Positions 56,489-64,000 of a DNA stretch of 64,000 bases are shown one piece after another (position 1 is the first letter of the stretch; each line of letters begins with the position of its first letter). The translations under genes were made by a program, and so were the position numbers. The stretch comes from a virus (taxonomy: Duplodnaviria > Caudoviricetes), in IMG/VR virus record IMGVR_UViG_3300028909_000001; one strand, 5' to 3'. The notes under the pieces are model-generated. The model was not told where the DNA came from and searched no databases. It worked only from the letters and a program-made list of their open reading frames with translations.

Positions 56489-56924
56489 TGATGATTTATT
56501 AGAAGAACAAGGTGGATTTATATTAAAAGAAGTTGGTGTGGATAACTATGAATTTGTACCAGTTACTAATGCCTTAACCGGTACGCATGCCGCTAAAGGT
56601 TTGTATATAGCTGAAACAAGTGAATTTAATAATAAGGTTGCAGCTAGAACATTTGATGATACCTGGACTGTCTTTGCTAGTTATCATACTCATCCTTTAG
56701 GTATGCGAGCATTACCTAGCAATACTGATGTCTCAAAATTGTTCACTAATTTCCCGGTTAACTTTATCTATGCTCCTGATAGAGAGTTGAATAGATTTGA
56801 TTATAACCCAAACTATGTTAAAGATGGTTCTGATAGTAAGTGGATTTTTACTAATGTAAGTAACTTTAATGGCTTTAAAGGAGATAATAAAATTGAAAAA
56901 TGGATTGAATCTGAAAATTTATGA
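56427..56924 (+). CDS. JAB/MPN+ (JAMM) metalloprotease
   Basis: Catalytic E in EQGGFIL and a complete JAMM motif YHTHP-x6-SNTD (HxH-x7-S-x2-D). Confidence 0.88.
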   Translation: MKKKSLASLNLCLLHAISKYDDDLLEEQGGFILKEVGVDNYEFVPVTNALTGTHAAKGLYIAETSEFNNKVAARTFDDTWTVFASYHTHPLGMRALPSNTDVSKLFTNFPVNFIYAPDRELNRFDYNPNYVKDGSDSKWIFTNVSNFNGFKGDNKIEKWIESENL

Positions 56925-57202
56925 ATACTGAAACTAATACTGAAACTAAACCTGAAACTAATACTGAAACTAAACCTGTTATAGAAATAGATCCTTCATC
57001 AGTTGGGCATTTTTGTACTGTTAAATATGAGGATGAAGAAGAACCTGTTGATGGAATTATAGTTGAATATAATGATCCATGGTTTCTAGGTGATCCAACC
57101 GTAGCAGTTTTTCTTTTAGATGCGTATATAATTGATGCCTCAGTTGAATTGGACCAGATAATTGAAATAAGAGGGCTTGTAAAATCTGATAAATCTAAAT
57201 GA
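56921..57202 (+). CDS. Small acidic hypothetical protein (SH3/Tudor-like core, N-terminal ETNTETKP repeats)
   Basis: A 24-nt tandem repeat at the start, followed by VGHFCTVKY...VDGIIVE. Confidence 0.6.
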   Translation: MNTETNTETKPETNTETKPVIEIDPSSVGHFCTVKYEDEEEPVDGIIVEYNDPWFLGDPTVAVFLLDAYIIDASVELDQIIEIRGLVKSDKSK

Positions 57203-57810
57203 AATCTAAAGTAAAAATAGATAGGATAGGAATTGCAGGACAAGGCGGAATTGGGGCTTTTTTAACTAGATTCTTGTTTGATTATGGAGCTAAACGTAAT
57301 CAATTTGACTTTAGTGGTTGTACAGTTGATACCTTCGATATCGATATCGTCGACGCCTCTAATCTTCTTCATCAAGATTTTACAGATGATGATATAGGTA
57401 GATACAAAGCTGACATTGTGGCTGAAAAGTGCTTAAATCTTGTAAATCCTAATAAAAGGTTTATGGAGGTTAAGGATTTTGAGAACTATGATGTTATTTT
57501 TAGCGCTGTAGATTCCATGTCCTTCAGGTCTTCACTCTACAAGTATGGATTCGATCACCCTAGTTTGATGTGGATTGATGGAAGATGTAGTTCTAGACAG
57601 GTAGGACTATATCACTCTAAATTGAGTAGAACGGTATTGGAAAAGGCAATTAATGATAGTAAAGAACGTACTGGATGTTTGTTGGAATATGACAAGAAAA
57701 ATAAAACTTCTCATGTAACTCCTCAAATAATCGCTGCTATGATGACTCAAACTTTTCTCAATTATATTAGAGATGAATTACAGCTTGACCCTGTTGTTCT
57801 TCTTTTGTAA
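57199..57810 (+). CDS. ThiF/MoeB/E1-like adenylyltransferase
   Basis: IGIAGQGGIG nucleotide loop, DIDIVDASNLLHQ, GRYKAD, SAVDS, WIDGR and a C-terminal TGC. Confidence 0.92.
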   Translation: MKSKVKIDRIGIAGQGGIGAFLTRFLFDYGAKRNQFDFSGCTVDTFDIDIVDASNLLHQDFTDDDIGRYKADIVAEKCLNLVNPNKRFMEVKDFENYDVIFSAVDSMSFRSSLYKYGFDHPSLMWIDGRCSSRQVGLYHSKLSRTVLEKAINDSKERTGCLLEYDKKNKTSHVTPQIIAAMMTQTFLNYIRDELQLDPVVLLL

Positions 57811-57832
57811 TATGAGATACGAAAATTAAAGC

Positions 57833-57864
57833 GAGGGTTGGCATATAATCTATACCAACCCTTC
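57833..57864 (+). terminator. Hairpin closing the Ubl-E1-JAB operon
   Basis: GAGGGTTGG...CCAACCCTT. Confidence 0.65.
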
Positions 57865-57917
57865 AAAACTAAAATATAAACAATGACAATAAACTAATAA
57901 CTAATAACTAATTAAAT

Positions 57918-58907
57918 ATGGCAATTATTCGTGCAAGTAAAGCGTTTGAAGGTAGTGAACTTACCCAAAAATCTGCAACCTATATCAAGTCCAATACCCG
58001 GATAGTGGATTTTAAGAATAAGGAGAATGGTGTTTACCTATTCCTTTTAGGGGCATATAAAGAAGATAGTGCTGGTAATGGTGTGTGGTATAAACCGGTT
58101 AAGATTCGTGATAATTACGGGGTGAGCATGTATAAAAAGAAATTTGCTATCCAGCCTAACTGTCCAATTGAGTATTTTGCAAATAAAGTGCTGCAATTTG
58201 CTCCTGATATGGCTAAGAGTAGGGAGATCGAGGAAGATGGCAGAAAGAAATGGATTTATCCAGTTTGGGGTAGGACTGCTTGGAGAGTGCTGTATAATGC
58301 TGCTATCTTCAATGATTATGGCGCTGGTGTTCATGTTTTGGATTTGCCTCAATCTGGTGGTGCTAGTGTGATTGATGAACATGTGAGAGGGAAGCAGGCA
58401 GATGGTTCACCAAATCTAGATATTACTGACTATGAGCATGCTGTTCCAATCAATATCAAGCTAGACTTGAAAGTGAAGGGTCAACCGTGGAAAATAGCTA
58501 TTCAGACGCAAAAGACTTATCCTTTGCCTCGTGAATTGGCAGATACTGATTATTTGTATAATCTGGATGAAGTTATTGCATATCCTGATAAACAAGCGCT
58601 TATTGATGAGCTTAAGAGTCTTGTACCTGTGGATATATTTAGAAAGGGCTTGGAAGGTTATTCAGATGGTCTCACTCCTGAATTTACATCTACTCCTGAA
58701 ACTCCAGAAGTAGATGTTAGGTCAGAAGTACCTCCAGTATATGAGAATCCGGTAGCTTCCATACCAAGGTCTAACACAGCTAAAACTGTGGCACCAACTG
58801 TAAGTATTCCAAAAGCTAATACTGAGCCTAAAGCTTCAGAACCAGTAGCTAGTAATAGTGATGTTTTGAAACGGGCGCAGGAATTCTTGAAGAATAAAGT
58901 TAAATAA
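57918..58907 (+). CDS. Putative single-stranded DNA-binding protein (gp32-like)
   Basis: CP helix, RVLYNA, HVLDLPQS and DITDYEHA pattern, a disordered C-tail, and a position directly before recA. Confidence 0.6.
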   Translation: MAIIRASKAFEGSELTQKSATYIKSNTRIVDFKNKENGVYLFLLGAYKEDSAGNGVWYKPVKIRDNYGVSMYKKKFAIQPNCPIEYFANKVLQFAPDMAKSREIEEDGRKKWIYPVWGRTAWRVLYNAAIFNDYGAGVHVLDLPQSGGASVIDEHVRGKQADGSPNLDITDYEHAVPINIKLDLKVKGQPWKIAIQTQKTYPLPRELADTDYLYNLDEVIAYPDKQALIDELKSLVPVDIFRKGLEGYSDGLTPEFTSTPETPEVDVRSEVPPVYENPVASIPRSNTAKTVAPTVSIPKANTEPKASEPVASNSDVLKRAQEFLKNKVK

Positions 58908-58915
58908 GTAACTCT

Positions 58916-58948
58916 GGGAGCACTAATATTAATTAGTGCTCCCTTTTA
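58916..58948 (+). terminator. Intergenic hairpin
   Basis: GGGAGCACTAAT-ATTA-ATTAGTGCTCCC followed by TTTT. Confidence 0.7.
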
Positions 58949-58950
58949 TT

Positions 58951-60147
58951 ATGCCTACAAATAACGACGAAATATTCCAGAAATTGCTGGAAGCTACAGA
59001 ACATCAGTTTAAGAAGAAGTTTAAAGACACCAATGCCAAGTTTATTCTAGCTAGTGAAGAAAAGCCAGCTATTGGATTAATAGTAGATAATCCGGCTCTA
59101 GAATATATATTAGATAGAAGGTTTTTAGCTTACGGCAGATTTTATCTAGTATATGGTAAAAAGAGTTCTTCCAAGACTTCCTTATTCTATGAAATTGCCA
59201 AGATATTTCAAAAGAATAATGGCAAAGTAATCTGGCTTGAGACTGAAAATGCCATTGACTTGGATTACGCTAAGAGCCAGGGTGTGGATTTGGATAGTGT
59301 AATGTTAATTCATCCTCAGACATTGGAAGAAGCATTAAGTATAGCTGAATCATTTATTAGGAATTTAAGTAAGCTAGATCCGGATGGACAGATGCCTATT
59401 TTGATTTGTTTAGATAGTATTGCTGGTAGTACAACTGAATATGAGCAAGACACCTCTAATAATGTAACTGATACAATGCCAGGAGCACATGCTAGACTGC
59501 TAAGTAGGTTTTATCGAGAGATGGAACATCCTTTAGCAAATGAGCGTTGTGTGTTTCTGGCATTGAACCAGTTAAAGAAAGCGGTAGGTGGATTTACTCC
59601 GTTTGGTGGTGAAGCTGAGAGTATGATGGGTGGAGAAGCACCTAGATTTAGCAGTACATATCAAATTAAAATGGAAAAGATTAAGGATTTGACTGCTGAA
59701 GGAAAAGATGATGGTCCTGAGCGGAAATTTGGCTCCATTCATCAAATAACCTGTACTAGAAATAAGTTAGGGAGGGAAGGCAATACCCAAAGAATTAGAT
59801 TCGATCTATATATTGAGGGTGGTATTGATTGGTATTCTCCATTAGTATCTGAAACATTAGCTAAAAGTTATAAAGACTTGGTTACTGCTAAAGGTCCTAG
59901 GTACTCATGGAACATACCTGGAATGACTTATATTGATAAAGATGGTACGGAAAAACCTCTCAGTACTGAAGAAAGTTATTATGATAGGGATTTAGGGTAT
60001 ATGATAGCCCATAGTACACAAGCTAAGGAGGCTATTAGAACTGCTTTTGGAATCAGACCTCTTCCACCTCAAGCAGTAGTGGAAGAAGTTGAAGCTGAAA
60101 GACTTACTAAACGTAAGAAGAAGAAAGATGAAGAGAAATCATTATGA
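58951..60147 (+). CDS. recA: RecA/UvsX-like recombinase (likely start 58951)
   Basis: YGKKSSSKTS P-loop, WLETENA, LDSIAG, ARLLS, LNQLK and GGEAPRF. Confidence 0.9.
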   Translation: MPTNNDEIFQKLLEATEHQFKKKFKDTNAKFILASEEKPAIGLIVDNPALEYILDRRFLAYGRFYLVYGKKSSSKTSLFYEIAKIFQKNNGKVIWLETENAIDLDYAKSQGVDLDSVMLIHPQTLEEALSIAESFIRNLSKLDPDGQMPILICLDSIAGSTTEYEQDTSNNVTDTMPGAHARLLSRFYREMEHPLANERCVFLALNQLKKAVGGFTPFGGEAESMMGGEAPRFSSTYQIKMEKIKDLTAEGKDDGPERKFGSIHQITCTRNKLGREGNTQRIRFDLYIEGGIDWYSPLVSETLAKSYKDLVTAKGPRYSWNIPGMTYIDKDGTEKPLSTEESYYDRDLGYMIAHSTQAKEAIRTAFGIRPLPPQAVVEEVEAERLTKRKKKKDEEKSL

Positions 60148-60560
60148 AGAAATTAATCAAGAAATCTAAAGTAGTTAAACGAATTGTCAAACCAATTGTC
60201 AAACCAGTCAAGGCTAAGGTAAAGACTAAGATAAAATCCAAGACTAAAGCTAAGCTGGTAAGAAAGAAGATCAAAGTAGAGGAACCTATTGAGCCAGTCA
60301 AGTCTCATATTGCAGTGCTTACAAATGTTGAAGTTAAAGTACCTAAGACAGCTGAACAGACTGCAAACTCAAGTACAACTACATTTGAGAAAGTAGTCAG
60401 AATTAGTAGCATGCCATTTGAGCAACAGATGTCAGTAGTCTTTAATCCGTTACAAACCATGACTAAAACTGAATCTCCTCCAAACATAAGTGAGGCCACA
60501 AAAATAATTGAACATCAAAACGAAAATGAAACAACAACTCCTGATAATAACACCCCATAG
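60144..60560 (+). CDS. Lys-rich hypothetical protein
   Basis: Basic histone-H1-like N-terminus VKPIVKPVKAKVKTKIKSK. Confidence 0.6.
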   Translation: MKKLIKKSKVVKRIVKPIVKPVKAKVKTKIKSKTKAKLVRKKIKVEEPIEPVKSHIAVLTNVEVKVPKTAEQTANSSTTTFEKVVRISSMPFEQQMSVVFNPLQTMTKTESPPNISEATKIIEHQNENETTTPDNNTP

Positions 60561-61371
60561 TTTTGTAGACCTTATCACAAATAGTAGTACCGAGCTATTC
60601 GTGTGTAGTACTAAGAAATCAGTTGAAATGGTCGAGGAGCTTTTAAAGAAGCTCCTCCTAAACCATAATGAGATGCTGGATACTCCTAATCAGTATGTTT
60701 TTTCCGAAGTATTTAAGCCAGTGGAAATAGCCAAATATACATATGATAAGGAGTTATTCTCTAAAGATGTAGTAGCTAATTATCATAATTATCATTGGGA
60801 AGACGATAATTATAAATATGTTTCACAAAGGCAAAGGCCCGATTCTTATATCCAAGCTGAAATTGAAGAAAATAAGCTGAGAAAAGAACATCCTGCCATT
60901 GTAAATCGTCGTAAGTATGAGGAGGATGAGACAAAGGAAGAACAGAAAAAACGGGAAGAAGAAAATCGAGATTATTGGAAACAAGAGAATAGAATTTGGA
61001 CTCAGGTAGGTGTAGAAACATTAGGAACTGAAGTTGATTTGTTTATTGAATTCCTTAAATTAAACAAGGCTGAGCAGTATATTGATTTAGTGAATACTTG
61101 GGCAGATAAAGCTAAAGAAGATCACTTAAAAGAGCAAGGAGGTAAGTTTGTTGGGCTTCATAGAATAGTAAGTGAAGCTGAAGCTAACGAGGATAAAATA
61201 CCCAAAGAATTGGCTGAGTTATTTGACTTCTTTACTTTGGTTAACGGATATGAATTTTCTATCCATAAAGGTCAAATTCTAATCTATTCAGCTAATGATA
61301 ACACCATTCCTTATTCATTGTTTGAACAAATAGCTGAATATTTTTCAGCTAGACGATATCACATAGGTTAA
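60526..61371 (+). CDS. Hypothetical protein with an N-terminal HSFVDLITNSSTE motif, paralog 1
   Basis: The motif is shared with the next gene. Likely start ATG 60526. Confidence 0.75.
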   Translation: MKQQLLIITPHSFVDLITNSSTELFVCSTKKSVEMVEELLKKLLLNHNEMLDTPNQYVFSEVFKPVEIAKYTYDKELFSKDVVANYHNYHWEDDNYKYVSQRQRPDSYIQAEIEENKLRKEHPAIVNRRKYEEDETKEEQKKREEENRDYWKQENRIWTQVGVETLGTEVDLFIEFLKLNKAEQYIDLVNTWADKAKEDHLKEQGGKFVGLHRIVSEAEANEDKIPKELAELFDFFTLVNGYEFSIHKGQILIYSANDNTIPYSLFEQIAEYFSARRYHIG

Positions 61372-61375
61372 ATAC

Positions 61376-61777
61376 ATGATAAATACATTAAAGATTACAG
61401 TACATAGTTTCGTTGATCTAATTACGAATAGTAGCACAGAAATCTACATTCAAGCTACACAGAAGACAATAGAATCAATTACCAAACTAGTTGATAATAT
61501 TTTAACTGTGGCTGGTAGTACGTTTAAGTGTGAGGATTTGTTTGATATTACCATAGATAAAGAAAGTTTCTATAAGAATTATTATCATGGTGAGGAGGAA
61601 GGTGAACCTAAAAAGACAGTAGAAGAATTTTTTGACATGGAACTTGAAGCAGATGCATATAGAGATATACATATAACTGTAAAAGCCAAGATTAACACTT
61701 TGGCAGCTAAACAAGCAGCTGAAATATTAAGTAGCTTAACTAGTCTATTTTGTATGGAAGCTCGCTACGATGGATGA
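61376..61777 (+). CDS. Hypothetical protein with an N-terminal HSFVDLITNSSTE motif, paralog 2
   Basis: Identical 13-aa motif. Confidence 0.75.
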   Translation: MINTLKITVHSFVDLITNSSTEIYIQATQKTIESITKLVDNILTVAGSTFKCEDLFDITIDKESFYKNYYHGEEEGEPKKTVEEFFDMELEADAYRDIHITVKAKINTLAAKQAAEILSSLTSLFCMEARYDG

Positions 61778-61783
61778 TTAAAC

Positions 61784-62644
61784 ATGTTAAAAATAAAAAG
61801 AAGAATTGAAAAAGAAGCGAATTATAGTGCGGTATTCTTTGATGGTAAAACATTAAGAATACCGCTTAATCCTTCTAAACCAATCACAGAATTACGATAT
61901 CCAGAATTCTATGACCTTAGTTTTGGTGATAAGTGTGTAACTGGAAAATGTCCATGGTGTTATGCTAAAGGAAATCCTAAAGGTAAGCACTATTCTAATA
62001 TAGTAGGCAAGATTGAGAAGTATTTTGGTTCAATGACAGAGAACCAACGTTGTTTCCAGGTAGCTGTTGGTGGGCAGCAAGAACCATTAGAGCATCCTGA
62101 ATTCTGGGATGCAATGAAGTTGCTAAAAAGTTTGGATATTGTTCCTAACTATACTACTAACGGAGTTCTATTTGATGAAAATGTAGTTAACAAGACTAGA
62201 GAACATTGTGGTGGAGTAGCAATAACTCTACACCCTCATTTAGAAGATGATTGGAGGAAAGCGTTGGATTTGGCTATTAAGTGTAAACTTAAGGTTAATA
62301 TTCATTTTATAGTATCAGATGAAGATTCAGTAGATAGGTTAATTACACTCTATAATGAATATAACGGCAAAATTGATTACTTCGTTCTATTACCTTACAT
62401 GAATGTTGGTTTTGCTGCTAAGAACCCTAAAACCATAGCTTATGATAAACTTGCTGCTTGGTTAGATAGTGTCCAGAATTACGCTAATATTGCTTTTGGT
62501 GCTAACTTCTATAAGTTCCTTAATACTAATAAGAGGTGGGATGTCTCATTATACCCTCCAGAAATCTTGAGTAAATATCTAGTATTAGATGACAATATGA
62601 ATTTGTATAATAACAGTTTTGAAATGAAGCTAGTTAGATATTGA
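61784..62644 (+). CDS. Radical SAM protein with an atypical Cx4Cx2C cluster motif
   Basis: DKCVTGKCPWCY, GGQQEP (GGE-like), NYTTNG and NIHFIV. Confidence 0.85.
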   Translation: MLKIKRRIEKEANYSAVFFDGKTLRIPLNPSKPITELRYPEFYDLSFGDKCVTGKCPWCYAKGNPKGKHYSNIVGKIEKYFGSMTENQRCFQVAVGGQQEPLEHPEFWDAMKLLKSLDIVPNYTTNGVLFDENVVNKTREHCGGVAITLHPHLEDDWRKALDLAIKCKLKVNIHFIVSDEDSVDRLITLYNEYNGKIDYFVLLPYMNVGFAAKNPKTIAYDKLAAWLDSVQNYANIAFGANFYKFLNTNKRWDVSLYPPEILSKYLVLDDNMNLYNNSFEMKLVRY

Positions 62645-62676
62645 CATTAGTGTGTAGTCTGGCATATTAATCAATT

Positions 62677-63204
62677 ATGTCAGACTACATTCTCAGCTTA
62701 GATAATGGTACAGGCAGCACAGGTATCGCTATGTTTGGACCTAATGATTTGGTTAGATACGAAAAGTTCCCTACTAAAAGTACTATAAACTACCAGAAAG
62801 AGGAACAACATATAACTAGAGTGGATGTTCCAGCTCTTAGAATACTATTAGTTAATTGGAACATACCTAAAGATACTATTGTACTGTTAGAAAGACCACT
62901 TATTAATCCTACTAGATTTAAAGCCAGTATATCTGCTGCTAGATGTTTTGAAGCCACTATTATAGTATTAGAAGAATTAGGCCTGGATTATAAAGTGGTT
63001 GATTCGAAAGCTTGGCAGAGAGTATTACTACCTAATATAGAAGGTAGTAATGAACTTAAGAAAGCTTCATTAGAATTAGGAAAGAAATTATTTCCTAACT
63101 TAAAACTAAAGAAAGATGCAGATAGTTTGCTGATTGGATACTGGGCCAAAAATAAAGACAAACTAGAAACAATTAAACCTATTAAAAAGAAAATAAAATT
63201 ATGA
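62677..63204 (+). CDS. ruvC: RuvC-like Holliday junction resolvase
   Basis: ILSLDNG (D), LLERP (E), KAWQR and DADSLLI (D,D). Confidence 0.75.
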   Translation: MSDYILSLDNGTGSTGIAMFGPNDLVRYEKFPTKSTINYQKEEQHITRVDVPALRILLVNWNIPKDTIVLLERPLINPTRFKASISAARCFEATIIVLEELGLDYKVVDSKAWQRVLLPNIEGSNELKKASLELGKKLFPNLKLKKDADSLLIGYWAKNKDKLETIKPIKKKIKL

Positions 63205-63214
63205 AAACTTAACC

Positions 63215-63868
63215 ATGACTAAACCTGAAATTGAACGCTATATCTCTGAAATACCTAGACAAACTGTAACTGAATATATCAACTATTGGAATACTATAAA
63301 ACCTGTAAATAAAGATGAATACTATAATAGATTTGTATTTAGTCATCTTTCTGTGCATTGTAGTTGGCGAGCTAATATAAAAGCTTATAAGATGGTGATA
63401 GGTAGAGTAATACCTGATAAACAAACCTTAAAAGATGTAATATCTTATAGTGGGGTAGGACTTATTAACCTTAGAACCAAAGGTATGTGGGAGTTTAAGG
63501 AATCATTCTATAATAACCCTGCTCAATATTATAAGTCTGAAGCTGAGACTTGGGATTGTTTTCGAGATAGAATAATGAATCTCATACATGGATTAGGATA
63601 TGCTAAAACAGCCTTCGCCCTGGAGTTATGTTATCCTAATGAAGCTGAAGTTACTTGTTTAGATGTGCATATGCTTAGATTATATGGCTATGATAAGTCA
63701 CAAACACCTAATAAAGCTTTATATAAGGAATTTGAAGAGCATTGGGTTAATACTTGTAAGACTAATAATATTCCCCCATTCATAGCTAGATCAATATGGT
63801 GGGATAAAAATCAGGTTAATACTAATGAAAGTTTGGGTAAGTATTGGACTTATGTATTCGAAAAATAA
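63215..63868 (+). CDS. HhH-GPD superfamily DNA glycosylase/lyase (Ogg-like)
   Basis: HhH IHGLGYAKTAF followed by CLDVHMLR. Confidence 0.8.
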   Translation: MTKPEIERYISEIPRQTVTEYINYWNTIKPVNKDEYYNRFVFSHLSVHCSWRANIKAYKMVIGRVIPDKQTLKDVISYSGVGLINLRTKGMWEFKESFYNNPAQYYKSEAETWDCFRDRIMNLIHGLGYAKTAFALELCYPNEAEVTCLDVHMLRLYGYDKSQTPNKALYKEFEEHWVNTCKTNNIPPFIARSIWWDKNQVNTNESLGKYWTYVFEK

Positions 63869-63877
63869 TGAATATTT

Positions 63878-63915
63878 TCTAGTCAGTTAATTAAAACTAA
63901 AGTTAATTGACTAGA
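63878..63915. terminator. Inverted repeat after the glycosylase gene
   Basis: TCTAGTCAGTTAA...TTAATTGACTAGA. Confidence 0.55.
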
Positions 63916-64000
63916 GAGTATATGGATAAACTAACCCAATTCAAAAATCTAACTTGTATTAGAGAGTTACCTATGAGATGTTATAGTAAGAAATTTAGAA

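Noticed and set aside
53736-57810. Lambda-type tail assembly I/K (Ubl/JAB) genes or a thiamine/MoCo biosynthesis cluster
   Set aside because: The locus is far from the tail genes, the JAB has no NlpC/P60 fusion, an E1 is present, and no thiG/moaE/cysM-type partner genes are nearby.
1-64000. Stop-codon reassignment (alternative genetic code), seen in some large phages
   Set aside because: Conserved genes translate full-length under the standard code and end with TAA, TGA or TAG. The only broken gene is explained by an intron.
63922-64000. Start of a further ORF (MDKLTQFKNLTCIRELP...)
   Set aside because: Only 26 codons are visible before the window end, which is too short to assign.

Overview
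A 64 kb, AT-rich, gene-dense segment of a large tailed-phage (jumbo-like) genome, coded mostly on the + strand. No host housekeeping, rRNA or CRISPR content was seen. Layout: (1) 1-16.1 kb is a virion/tail-fibre block (Gly/Ser/Thr-rich proteins, an SGNH-hydrolase tail spike, a holin-like gene). It is flanked by two separately encoded fragments of an RpoB-like RNA polymerase beta subunit and also holds a free-standing LAGLIDADG endonuclease and a papain-like peptidase. (2) 16.5-22.7 kb is a dNTP/dTTP supply cassette (MazG-like, dCMP deaminase, class II RNR, HNH, Nudix, Tmk, ThyX). (3) 22.7-30.2 kb holds a non-coding stretch with structured-RNA and tRNA-like elements, hypothetical genes and a GpA-type large terminase on the minus strand. 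(4) 30.8-38.5 kb holds a Ycf46-like AAA+ ATPase split by a 306-nt group I intron, DUF3150/DUF1257/DUF2997-like genes and two Cys-tripeptide-repeat paralogs. Five proteins in this region end in a shared R-x-L-[DE] motif. (5) 36-50 kb is recombination/replication: SbcD, SbcC, UvsW-like helicase, primase, intein-containing DnaB-like helicase and a UDG-fold-fused PolA. (6) 53.7-57.8 kb is the most novel locus, an apparent phage-encoded ubiquitin-like conjugation operon (beta-grasp protein ending LAGG-AN, a 661-aa unknown, JAB/MPN protease, ThiF/E1 enzyme). (7) 57.9-64 kb holds SSB, RecA, two SFVDLITNSSTE-motif paralogs with an atypical radical SAM enzyme, a RuvC-like resolvase and a HhH-GPD glycosylase. 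All family assignments come from motif recognition by eye; no database searches were run. The supplied ORF track gives the wrong strand for 24076..25380, 28520..28705 and 28530..30206, which are minus-strand.
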